64,000 nucleotides of DNA from Patescibacteria group bacterium. GTDB taxonomy: Bacteria; Patescibacteriota; Patescibacteriia; UBA1558; UBA10009. Positions 48,055 to 56,699 of the stretch are shown here, piece by piece. Position numbers and translations under genes: made by a program. The notes below the pieces were generated by a model, which worked only from the letters and a program-made list of their open reading frames with translations, was not told the DNA's origin and ran no database searches. Position 1 is the first letter of the stretch, and each line of letters begins with the position of its first letter. The stretch lies in assembly GCA_041662565.1 (NCBI GenBank), contig JBAZSE010000003.1:44260-108259 (forward strand), given 5' to 3'.

Positions 48055-49327
48055 GTAAAACTTCAATCTTAACCGGCATAACGCCGCTTGATAATAAACC
48101 TATTTCTTTAAAAGCGACCTTGTCCAAATCAATAATCCTATTGGTCTGAATCTGGGGACCATAATCATTAACCTCTACCACCACCGATTTGCCCCGGTAT
48201 TTACCGTTGGCCTGATTAGTCACTTTTAATTTGGTGCCCTTGGGGAAATCACGCGATGCCGCGAATAATCCTTTTTTCCAGGAATACCAGCTGGCTTGAC
48301 CTACCCATTGGCTACTTTCTTGGAACAAGGCAACTTGTGCCAAATCCTTCTCTATTATAGCAGTTACTGTTTTATTTTTGTAGTCATCAAATGATTCTAA
48401 TTTTTCCCAAGTTTCATTATTAAGCCAATAAGCGCTTTTTGCCTGCTTGGAAGAGGTTTCGTAAGGCAAAATTATTTCATAAGAATAACTGCCGGGATTT
48501 TTTTGGCAATTAATTTGATTGATTTTAGCTAAAGTCGCCCCCAAAACCCAGCCAGTACCTTTACTTAAACCGGACGGTTGCAAAATATCGGCCGAATACC
48601 TTTCTTGAAATGTCTTAACCGCGCCAAAAGTTACATTGCCGTAATAACCACTAATTGGCAAATCATTAAAACCCTCGGTTTCTTTTAAAAACAATTGGAG
48701 TTTTTTTACCTCTGATGTAGGGTTGGATTTATCCGACTTAAAAAAATTTTGCAAATAAGGACGGCAAATTTTACTAAACATTAATTGGCTGGATTCCTCG
48801 CCAACGGCAAAAGAAAATGTTTCTGAAATCTTAATCGGTTCCTGATTTTGAGTTGGTGTTTGAGTTAAATTAGAGCCGACAACCACCAATTTATTTTCCT
48901 TGCCCTTTAAACTAAAAGTTAAATTATTATTAAAGGCTCGATTACTGGCCATGGCCCATTTTTGAGTCAAGGAATTAAAATAATAAATTGTTTTACCTTT
49001 TTCCGGGCCACCCGGATAATTTATTGTTATGGTAAATTCCGATTCTTCAGTTATTGCCGAGGAATAAATATAATAAGAAAACACCTCGCTTAAGGCGTTT
49101 AAATCAGCAGGCAACTGTTCTTGGGGATGGCGGTAAAAATAAACATCCAAGGGCTGTTGATATTTTTGGCTAGGAATTTTAATTTGAAATAAATTATCGC
49201 TTGAAATAAATTGACCACCTCGCCAGGTTTGGTTTGCTTCAAAATGTAAATTTTCCGCCAGAGCCAGCTTGGGCGAAAAGCTTAAAAAAATTACAATCAT
49301 CAGTAAAAAAAAACGGCCGAATTGCAT
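48047..49327 (-). CDS. Secreted protein with peptidoglycan-binding-like domain and C-terminal RlpA/DPBB domain
   Basis: VKKLQLFL..G.YG..T..AVKTFQ; GQASWY, AASR..PKGT, VNDYGP, RIIDL. Confidence 0.82.
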   Translation of the reverse strand: MQFGRFFLLMIVIFLSFSPKLALAENLHFEANQTWRGGQFISSDNLFQIKIPSQKYQQPLDVYFYRHPQEQLPADLNALSEVFSYYIYSSAITEESEFTITINYPGGPEKGKTIYYFNSLTQKWAMASNRAFNNNLTFSLKGKENKLVVVGSNLTQTPTQNQEPIKISETFSFAVGEESSQLMFSKICRPYLQNFFKSDKSNPTSEVKKLQLFLKETEGFNDLPISGYYGNVTFGAVKTFQERYSADILQPSGLSKGTGWVLGATLAKINQINCQKNPGSYSYEIILPYETSSKQAKSAYWLNNETWEKLESFDDYKNKTVTAIIEKDLAQVALFQESSQWVGQASWYSWKKGLFAASRDFPKGTKLKVTNQANGKYRGKSVVVEVNDYGPQIQTNRIIDLDKVAFKEIGLLSSGVMPVKIEVLHD

Positions 49328-49349
49328 ATTTCAAAAAAAGTATTATAAT
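49322..49349 (+). promoter_or_regulatory. Sigma70 promoter of the tRNA pair
   Basis: TTGCAT-16 nt-TATAAT, 10 nt before tRNA-Gly. Confidence 0.6.
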
Positions 49350-49359
49350 ATTAATCTAT

Positions 49360-49433
49360 GCAGGTATAGTTTAACGGTAGAATATATCCTTCCCAAGGAT
49401 AGGGTACGGGTTCAATTCCCGTTACCTGCTCCA
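49360..49433 (+). tRNA. tRNA-Gly(CCC)
   Basis: Acceptor GCAGGTA/TACCTGC, anticodon arm TATCC-TTCCCAA-GGATA, T arm ACGGG-TTCAATT-CCCGT, encoded CCA. Confidence 0.95.
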
Positions 49434-49465
49434 TTCGACTCGTCCCGACATTCGTCGGGACTCGC
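49434..49465. repeat. Palindromic element after tRNA-Gly
   Basis: TTCGACTC-GTCCCGAC-ATTC-GTCGGGAC-TCGC. Confidence 0.55.
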
Positions 49466-49475
49466 TTTAATTCCT

Positions 49476-49551
49476 GCCGATGTAGCTCAATTGGTAGAGC
49501 AACGGTATCGTAAACCGTAGGTTGTCGGTTCAATTCCGACCATCGGCTCCA
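49476..49551 (+). tRNA. tRNA-Thr(CGT)
   Basis: Acceptor GCCGATG/CATCGGC, anticodon arm ACGGT-ATCGTAA-ACCGT, T arm GTCGG-TTCAATT-CCGAC, encoded CCA. Confidence 0.95.
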
Positions 49552-49552
49552 T

Positions 49553-49581
49553 TAGATTTACTCCGACATTTGTCGGATCTA
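49553..49581. repeat. Related palindrome after tRNA-Thr
   Basis: TAGAT..TCCGACA-TT-TGTCGGA-TCTA; shares core CCGACATTYGTCGG with the previous element. Confidence 0.5.
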
Positions 49582-49590
49582 AAGATATAA

Positions 49591-51120
49591 CTAAATTCTA
49601 ATTAAAGTCAGTACCTTGGCTTTTTTTATTTGTTCGTTTAAATAATCTTCAAAGGAAGCTTTTTTCAAAAAAAGCTGACTGATATGGTAATAGGGCTGGC
49701 CGTTTTTGCTATCCACTACCCTTTCCAATAATTTAATTACGTGGTAACCGGCGCTGCTTTCAAAAACCTGACTTAATTCACCCGGATTTAAACTGATAAA
49801 TTGCAATTCAAACTCGGGTAAAATTTCTCCCAAATGAAACCAGCCCAAATCACCGACTGTCAATTTGGTTTCATCTTCATTTATTTCACCGGCAACTTGG
49901 GAAAAATCATTTTCTTGATTAACCAGCTTGGTGCGATAATCTTCCAATTTGGCTTTAATTTCCTGATTGCCCTGGGTTTGATTGAAATTTTGTTCCACCT
50001 TTTGGGCTAAAATTAAAGGTCTGATTATTTTTTCGCTATACTGGTTTAAATCCCAGCCGTACAAATTTTTAATCGCCTGGGCGAGTTGTTCCAAAGTGCC
50101 GGAATTGGCAACCATAAAATCAATTTCATTTTGCACTTCATCATCTTGCACTTTAAACTGCTGTTTTTTAGCCATTTCGGCAATAACTTCTTTTTGCAGC
50201 AAACTTTGCAAAACCTGCTTTTGAGCGGAAATTTTACTATTGGAACTTGTTAAAACTTTAAAGCGTTTTTGATATGCCAAAAAAGCATCCGTATCTTCGT
50301 AAAAAACTTTTAAGCTGATAAAATGGCCGTTAACATAAACAGCCGGCAAAGGAATTATAGCTGCTGTTTTTCTAATTAAAGTATTATCCCAGTTGGCAAA
50401 ATAAATTCCTGCTAACGAAACAACGGCAAAAATCATCACACCGGTTAAGATGCTGGATAAAGGCAGCCAAAGCTTGGCCCAATGCTTTTTTAGAGGCAAA
50501 GAAGGTAATTCTTTAACTAACGGCTTTAATTTTTGGACTAAAGGAACCGGATCAATCAGCGGCTTAACCAAGTTTTTTATTACCGCAACCGGTGCCGGCT
50601 TATTTTTTATTAAATTTGAAAAATCGGTTGAGGCGTTGCTGCCGGCTAATTGTTCTAAAACAGCCGAACGGATTGCAGCAAGAGGCAAATTATTTTTAGC
50701 TTCTGCTCTAATTGGACCAGGCAAGGGCTTGATTTCTTTTTTAACGGTGGTTGAATTACTTGGTTCTGCTTCCGGTTTGGCTGGAGCAACACTAACAACA
50801 TTATCCACAGGCAGCTCCGCAATAGCTTGAGTGATCTTTTCCTTATAACCTTCTTCAATAATTTTTTTGGTTTTTAGAGAAATCTTTTCTTTGTTAACGG
50901 GCGTTAAAACAGGCGTTGTTTTTTTTGTTTTTTTATTCGCCACAACCTTGGTTTTAACTGCGGGTTTTTTAACCCTGGCAACTTTCTTTATCACCTTAAT
51001 GGGCTTTACCACCTTAATCGGTTTTTTTTCTTTAATTGCCTTAGCCGGCTTGGCTGGAGCTAAGGGTTGTTGAGGTTCTTGGGCAATAGAAAAATCTTTT
51101 TTAAAGCTATTAATAACCAT
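49591..51120 (-). CDS. SurA/PrsA-type peptidylprolyl isomerase with long Lys/Pro-rich N-terminal tail
   Basis: TM near aa 215-240, PAVYVNG, GDLGWF, ILPEFE, GYHVIK. Confidence 0.82.
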   Translation of the reverse strand: MVINSFKKDFSIAQEPQQPLAPAKPAKAIKEKKPIKVVKPIKVIKKVARVKKPAVKTKVVANKKTKKTTPVLTPVNKEKISLKTKKIIEEGYKEKITQAIAELPVDNVVSVAPAKPEAEPSNSTTVKKEIKPLPGPIRAEAKNNLPLAAIRSAVLEQLAGSNASTDFSNLIKNKPAPVAVIKNLVKPLIDPVPLVQKLKPLVKELPSLPLKKHWAKLWLPLSSILTGVMIFAVVSLAGIYFANWDNTLIRKTAAIIPLPAVYVNGHFISLKVFYEDTDAFLAYQKRFKVLTSSNSKISAQKQVLQSLLQKEVIAEMAKKQQFKVQDDEVQNEIDFMVANSGTLEQLAQAIKNLYGWDLNQYSEKIIRPLILAQKVEQNFNQTQGNQEIKAKLEDYRTKLVNQENDFSQVAGEINEDETKLTVGDLGWFHLGEILPEFELQFISLNPGELSQVFESSAGYHVIKLLERVVDSKNGQPYYHISQLFLKKASFEDYLNEQIKKAKVLTLIRI

Positions 51121-51129
51121 CTTTTTATT

Positions 51130-51537
51130 TTAGTTTGTTTTAAAAAAATAAATCCACCATTTTACCGGATTGGGCACGTAGTCGGGCAAATTTTGAGCGG
51201 CTAGTACCGAAAGCTTGTCCGACATTTTTGAATCATTAATATTTTCCGGCACAATGATTATTTTTTCCCCCGGCTTTTTTAAATTTAATTTTGTTCTGGC
51301 AACTTCTTCCACAAAATCGGGAGTTTTATAATAATCTATCAAACTGCCCAACTGTTGATTTTTGCCTTCCAAATCATTTATTTGCCCTTGATAAACGGCT
51401 ATTTCACCTTCCAATTCGCGACGATTAATAATTTGGCTAACTAAATTAATCGAAAAAAATAGCAAGACCAATAAACTGGCCAAAAAAAGAACTTTTGAAC
51501 CCAAAATTCTTCCAATTATTGACCTTTGTCCACTCAT
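51130..51537 (-). CDS. Septum formation initiator (FtsB/DivIC-like)
   Basis: TM, coiled coil, FVEEVARTKLNLKKPGE. Confidence 0.85.
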   Translation of the reverse strand: MSGQRSIIGRILGSKVLFLASLLVLLFFSINLVSQIINRRELEGEIAVYQGQINDLEGKNQQLGSLIDYYKTPDFVEEVARTKLNLKKPGEKIIIVPENINDSKMSDKLSVLAAQNLPDYVPNPVKWWIYFFKTN

Positions 51538-51593
51538 ACGATTACAAAATTATAACACAAAAACAGTATTTCTGCCAATTTAATTCTTAATAA

Positions 51594-52085
51594 CTAATTG
51601 CTGGCTTCTTTTTTTAATTCCAATAACAATTGCTGAACTTTATCTGGCCTGGGGATTTTACTAACAACCAGGGCATTTTCCAAACCATGGGCCTGAATTC
51701 TTAATGAGCCATATTTACCGATTGTTTGCCAAAAACCCTTCTTTCTATAAGCCACATCTTGAATACTTGGATAATCGGTTTCTGCTACCAAACGGTCAAA
51801 AAAACCCTTTTGTTTGATTAAAATCAACCGCTGGTTGGTAATTAAAAAAACATTATATGACCAAATCAAGTAAACTCTGATAATGGCCAAAATGCCAATA
51901 ATTGTCAAAAAAAGAAAAATTCCCAAACCCAATTTTTGCCATCTAAAAAGCAAAAACATTAAAAAAAACGGCAAAACAATTAACAATAAAGCCAGTAGAC
52001 CTGGCTTAAAAAAAACCAGAACATGCTGATGGATAACTCTCAACAGCACTTCATTATTTTTTAAAAATCTGCTAAAATTAAGCAT
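51594..52085 (-). CDS. Bacterial PH-domain membrane protein
   Basis: Two TMs; ITNQRLI, GFF, IQDV, YGSL.I, IP.P. Confidence 0.78.
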   Translation of the reverse strand: MLNFSRFLKNNEVLLRVIHQHVLVFFKPGLLALLLIVLPFFLMFLLFRWQKLGLGIFLFLTIIGILAIIRVYLIWSYNVFLITNQRLILIKQKGFFDRLVAETDYPSIQDVAYRKKGFWQTIGKYGSLRIQAHGLENALVVSKIPRPDKVQQLLLELKKEASN

Positions 52086-52115
52086 GTTGCTATTAATATT
52101 TAACCCATTTGCCTT

Positions 52116-52211
52116 ATGAACCGCAAAACCATCAAAATAATTTGGATCGTCTTAAGCTTTATTATGATCCTATCCATGCTCAGTTGGAGCTTAAGTTCTC
52201 TGTTCTACTAA
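52116..52211 (+). CDS. Small single-TM protein, 31 aa (not in ORF track)
   Basis: MNRKTIKIIWIVLSFIMILSMLSWSLSSLFY*. Confidence 0.5.
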   Translation: MNRKTIKIIWIVLSFIMILSMLSWSLSSLFY

Positions 52212-52255
52212 TATTTAGTTTACAATAAAAAGGTCTTTTTCAAAAGCTGAGAATT

Positions 52256-53272
52256 TCAGCTTTTTAATTTTCTGATAATCCCCTTGTTGGCGTCAACCTC
52301 AACCAAATCCCCGTCATGCAAAACCTGCGTGGCGATTTTGGTGCCGATAATGCATGGTATTCCTAATTCCCTGGCCACAATAGCGGCATGACAGGTGATA
52401 CCTCCTTCATCGGTAATAATAGCACCAGCCTTTTTCATAGCGGAAATAAAGTCGGGCGTGGTCATAGGTGAAACTAAAATTTCATCGGACAATAAAGAGC
52501 CGACTTGATTTTTTCTCTTAATAATTCTAACCCGGCCTGTGACATGTCCAGGCCTAGCAACTTGACCTTTCAAATAATTTGAATTACCGACTTTATGAAG
52601 AAAAAAATGATACTTTTGGTTGTGCCTGACAAAATTTTCTATTGAAGTTATCTTTGGCTTGCTACTAATGATCATTAGGCAATTTTTGAATCTCCCTTTT
52701 AATACCTTTTCATTTGGCGGCGCTTCAATCTCGTTTATTAAAATTGATATAGCCATGCCTTTAACGCGCGGATATAAGTATTCAAGAGTATTTTTAATCA
52801 AACAATCCATGCGATCATAAAATTCGTCTTTGCTTCTGGCACGGATAGCCGTATTCCTAATTGGTTTAGGTGTTTTATCATCAAGACCCGAATAATAAAA
52901 CGCGACAAATGTACGTGTGCCGCGCTTTAACAATTCAATTAACTTTTTTAATTGGCCCACTGAAGTTAAACGATTTTTTTTAACAATCGGCTTAAGTTCA
53001 CTTAATACTTTAGCGTGTTCATTAATAATGACATTTAAAAATTCTTTATCCTGAATATTTTTCTTAAGCAGTTGTGATGAGAACCATTTCATGGCTCGCT
53101 TATTCTCCCATATTTCAACGATCCCGTCATTAACGTAATTGACGATGGGAGGAAAATTAGGATTAACATTGCCAAAATAATCATACAAGTGGGCCTCACC
53201 CCAAACTTCCTGGATAATTAAACAGTTATCGCGGGTGTACTTTTTTTCTAAAAAAATTTTTTCCATAATCAT
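52256..53272 (-). CDS. Protein with C-terminal PEP-utilising mobile (phospho-His swivel) domain and unrecognised N-terminus
   Basis: ILVSPMTTPD, IITDEGGITCHAAIVARELGIPC, VEVDANKG. Confidence 0.85.
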   Translation of the reverse strand: MIMEKIFLEKKYTRDNCLIIQEVWGEAHLYDYFGNVNPNFPPIVNYVNDGIVEIWENKRAMKWFSSQLLKKNIQDKEFLNVIINEHAKVLSELKPIVKKNRLTSVGQLKKLIELLKRGTRTFVAFYYSGLDDKTPKPIRNTAIRARSKDEFYDRMDCLIKNTLEYLYPRVKGMAISILINEIEAPPNEKVLKGRFKNCLMIISSKPKITSIENFVRHNQKYHFFLHKVGNSNYLKGQVARPGHVTGRVRIIKRKNQVGSLLSDEILVSPMTTPDFISAMKKAGAIITDEGGITCHAAIVARELGIPCIIGTKIATQVLHDGDLVEVDANKGIIRKLKS

Positions 53273-55044
53273 CTTTTTAACACAGCCATAAACGCTTCTT
53301 GGGGAATATCAACTTTGCCAGTGCCCATAGCCATCATTTTCTTTTTGCCTTTCTTTTGTTTTTCCAATAACTTGCGTTTACGGGTAACATCACCGCCATA
53401 AAGTTTGGCAGTTACGTCTTTTTTCATAGCGCTAATGCGTTCTCCGGCAATAATTTTTCCGCCCACCGCGGCTTGAATTTTAACTACAAACATCTGCTTG
53501 GGCAAAATATCTTTTAAGGCAGTAACAATCCTTTTACCGGCTTTAAAAGCATCATCTTCATAAACAATGGTGGAAAGCGCGTCTACCAAATCATCAGCTA
53601 CTAAAATATCCATTCTCACAACTCGAGCCGGACGGTAATCCAATAATTCGTAGTTCATGGAAGCATAGCCCGATGATAAACTTTTTAAATTATCGTAAAA
53701 ATCAGTCAGAATTGCAGAAAGTGGAATATGGTAATGCAAAATTGTCCGGTTCTCATCCAGATATTCGGTTGTTTGGTATTCTCCCCTGCTTTCCTGAATC
53801 AGCTTCATTAAACCGCCTAAATAATCTTTAGGTGTAATAATATCCAGCTTAACATAAGGTTCTTCCACCTCGGCCACTTGCCCCGAATCGGGCAACTCTT
53901 GAGGAGAGTGAATGATTGTATTTTTGCCGTTTGAAAGCTTAACTTTGTAAGCTACCGAAGGCGTGGTAATCACTAGATCCAAGCCGTATTCCCGGCGCAA
54001 GCGTTCTTGGAAGATTTCCAAATGCAACATGCCCAAAAAACCGCACCTAAAACCGTAACCCAAAGCCGGGGAATTTTCCGGCTCATAAAACAGGGCGGAA
54101 TCGTTTAATTTTAATTTATCAATGCCTTCGCGCAAACGCTGGTAATCATCCCCTTCTTTGCAAAAAACGCCTGCAAACACCATTGGTTTTACTTCTTTAT
54201 AGCCGTGAAGCAATTGCGCCGGATCAGAAGCCAAGGTAATCGTATCGCCCACTCTGGCTTTATCCAATTGTTTTAAACCGGTAACGATATATCCGATTTC
54301 CCCTGATTCCAATTTATCGGCTTTTTGAAATTCCGGCTTAAAATAACCTACTTCCAAAATTTCACTGGTTTCATTTGCGGCTAGAAAACGAATTTTTTGG
54401 CCGGCTGTTAACGAACCGTTCTTAAGCCGAACATATGCCACAACGCCTTTATAGTCATTAAATTCCGAATCAAAAATCAAGGCCTGGACTTGAGCCGAAC
54501 TATTGCCTTGCGGTGGCGGAGTTTTTGCTATTACCTCCTCCAAAACTTGCGCGACATTTTGGCCGGTTTTGGCGGAAACTTCAATAATATCATCAGGTGC
54601 GCAACCTAATAAATTTACTATTTCTTTACGCACTTTTTCCGGATGAGCGGCCGGCAAATCAATCTTATTCATCACCGGGATAATGGTTAAATTTTGCTCC
54701 AAAGCCAGATATAAATTAGCTACGGTTTGGGCTTCTATGCCCTGCGAAGCATCAACCAGCAAAATAGCCGATTCCACGGCCGCCAAAGATCGTGAGACCT
54801 CGTAGGTAAAATCAGCATGGCCCGGAGTATCAATTAAATTTAAAATATATCCCTGATAATCCATGCGCACGGGCTGAAGTTTTATGGTAATGCCCCGTTC
54901 GCGTTCCAGATCCATCCGATCCAATAGCTGATTTTTCATTTTCCGGCTTTCCACGGTTTTAGTGATTTCCAAAAAACGATCAGCCAAAGTTGATTTACCA
55001 TGATCAATATGCGCGATGATACAAAAGTTACGGATATTATTCAT
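53269..55044 (-). CDS. lepA: Elongation factor 4 (LepA)
   Basis: IRNFCIIAHIDHGKSTLADR, DTPGH, GFLGMLH, YGGDVTRKRKLLEKQK. Confidence 0.98.
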   Translation of the reverse strand: MNNIRNFCIIAHIDHGKSTLADRFLEITKTVESRKMKNQLLDRMDLERERGITIKLQPVRMDYQGYILNLIDTPGHADFTYEVSRSLAAVESAILLVDASQGIEAQTVANLYLALEQNLTIIPVMNKIDLPAAHPEKVRKEIVNLLGCAPDDIIEVSAKTGQNVAQVLEEVIAKTPPPQGNSSAQVQALIFDSEFNDYKGVVAYVRLKNGSLTAGQKIRFLAANETSEILEVGYFKPEFQKADKLESGEIGYIVTGLKQLDKARVGDTITLASDPAQLLHGYKEVKPMVFAGVFCKEGDDYQRLREGIDKLKLNDSALFYEPENSPALGYGFRCGFLGMLHLEIFQERLRREYGLDLVITTPSVAYKVKLSNGKNTIIHSPQELPDSGQVAEVEEPYVKLDIITPKDYLGGLMKLIQESRGEYQTTEYLDENRTILHYHIPLSAILTDFYDNLKSLSSGYASMNYELLDYRPARVVRMDILVADDLVDALSTIVYEDDAFKAGKRIVTALKDILPKQMFVVKIQAAVGGKIIAGERISAMKKDVTAKLYGGDVTRKRKLLEKQKKGKKKMMAMGTGKVDIPQEAFMAVLKR

Positions 55045-55045
55045 A

Positions 55046-56620
55046 TTATCTAAACAACGGCCTTAAATATTTAGCCAGCCAAATTCTGATTATTTGAATT
55101 TCTTCACAGCGGGTTAGCAAACTGATTAACAGATAAAAACTTAATCCGGCCAAACCGGCTACCAGGCCTTGGGTAAAAATTCCCAAAAAGCTCCTCATAT
55201 CCACTGCACTGGCCATAATTCTTAAAACCACATAAACAACTAAGCCGGAAATAACGGAATTAAAGGAAATTTTAAGCGTTGACCAGATGATTTTTTTATC
55301 GTCCAAATACCCAACTCTTAAACGCAAAACCATTAGTAAAATTATCATATTAACAATGGAGGAAATGGAAAAAGCCATGGCCAGGCCTGCCACTCCGAAA
55401 AGCTTGCCCAAAAAAACAGTGCCGATAATATTTAAAACAATAGCCAAACTGCTGATATAAACCGGGGTTTTAGTATCTTCCAGGGCGTAAAAACTCCTGG
55501 CAAGCATAGGAATCAAACTTTGGGCCAAAAGTGAAATTGTAAACCAACCTAAGGTTTGGGCGGTATCATAAGTGTTCTGCCAATCAAAATTTCCTGAACC
55601 CAAAATTACCCTAACCAATTGTGCCCGAAGCAACAAAATAAAAACGGAAATCGGAATCAGCAAAAAAACCACCCGCCTAAAGTGCAAAGAAAAAACCTGA
55701 ACAAATCTGCCTGATTCATTTTGTGCCAAGGTCTCCGAAAAAACCGGAAAAACAGCAATAGCCAAGGAAACGCCAAAAATGGAAATAGGAAACGATTGCA
55801 AATTATTGGCCAAATTAAAAATAGCCAAGCTGCCGGTAGCGAGTGTTGAAGCTACAACGGTAATGACGATTAAATTAAACTGATTGGCAGCCAAGCCAAT
55901 TGTCCGAGGAATCATCAGTTTAAAAACTTTTACTGCTTCCGGATTTGGGCGCCAACTCCATTGATAGCGCCAGCCGGATTTTATAACTTCAGGCAGTTGA
56001 ATTAATAAATGCAAAATAGAACCAAAAACAACGCCCCAAGCCAATCCACTTAAGCCAAAAATCGGGTAAAAAGTAGTTACGCCCAAAATAATACCCAAAT
56101 TATAAAAAACCGGAGCCAAAGAAAAGGTAAAAAACTTTTTTAAGGAATTTAAAATTCCACCCACCACATTGCTGATACCGAAAAAAATAATGCTCAACAA
56201 CATGATTCTGGTTAATAAAACGGTTTGCTCAAGCTGATCGCCGGAAAAACCAGGGACAATTAAGGGAACCAAATTTGAGGCAAAAATTATCATGCCTCCT
56301 GCCAAAACAATTAAAGCCACTAATAAATAATTTAAAATTATATTGGATAAAATTAAAGCTTTTTCTTTATCCTTAAACCAGGCCTTGGTAAAAACCGGAA
56401 TAAAGGCCGAAGCCAAAGCGCCTAAAACCAAAGTATTAAATATAATATCCGGCAGCTTAAAAGCCGCGTAGTAACTATCCAAAATACTGCCCGCGCCAAA
56501 ATACGAAGCCAAAAGCCGATCGCGCACTAAACCCAAAAGCCGGCTGATTACCGAAAAAAACGCGATTAATACCGCGCCCCCGCTAACTGTTGTGATTAAT
56601 TTTTGCCAAAAATTCCTCAT
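55046..56620 (-). CDS. murJ: Lipid II flippase MurJ
   Basis: SRLLGLVRD, AFKLPD, AFIPVF, RSFYALEDTKTP. Confidence 0.95.
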   Translation of the reverse strand: MRNFWQKLITTVSGGAVLIAFFSVISRLLGLVRDRLLASYFGAGSILDSYYAAFKLPDIIFNTLVLGALASAFIPVFTKAWFKDKEKALILSNIILNYLLVALIVLAGGMIIFASNLVPLIVPGFSGDQLEQTVLLTRIMLLSIIFFGISNVVGGILNSLKKFFTFSLAPVFYNLGIILGVTTFYPIFGLSGLAWGVVFGSILHLLIQLPEVIKSGWRYQWSWRPNPEAVKVFKLMIPRTIGLAANQFNLIVITVVASTLATGSLAIFNLANNLQSFPISIFGVSLAIAVFPVFSETLAQNESGRFVQVFSLHFRRVVFLLIPISVFILLLRAQLVRVILGSGNFDWQNTYDTAQTLGWFTISLLAQSLIPMLARSFYALEDTKTPVYISSLAIVLNIIGTVFLGKLFGVAGLAMAFSISSIVNMIILLMVLRLRVGYLDDKKIIWSTLKISFNSVISGLVVYVVLRIMASAVDMRSFLGIFTQGLVAGLAGLSFYLLISLLTRCEEIQIIRIWLAKYLRPLFR

Positions 56621-56699
56621 AAAACAAACCAGCTTCTTATAACATCAGAAACTGGTTAAACTATACTATAAACAAGGGCTTTTTTCAATCCCACCCTTC

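Noticed and set aside
49360-49433. tRNA-Gly(CCC) as a non-proteinogenic Fem-dedicated tRNA
   Set aside because: It has A49-U65 but keeps the D-loop GG, the TTC loop and G51-C63, so evidence for EF-Tu avoidance is too weak.
49269-49533. ORFs 49269..49520 (+) and 49351..49533 (-)
   Set aside because: They overlap the two clear tRNA genes and are spurious.
49360-49590. Integrated element or prophage at the tRNA genes
   Set aside because: No integrase and no duplicated tRNA 3' end seen; the flanks are housekeeping envelope genes.
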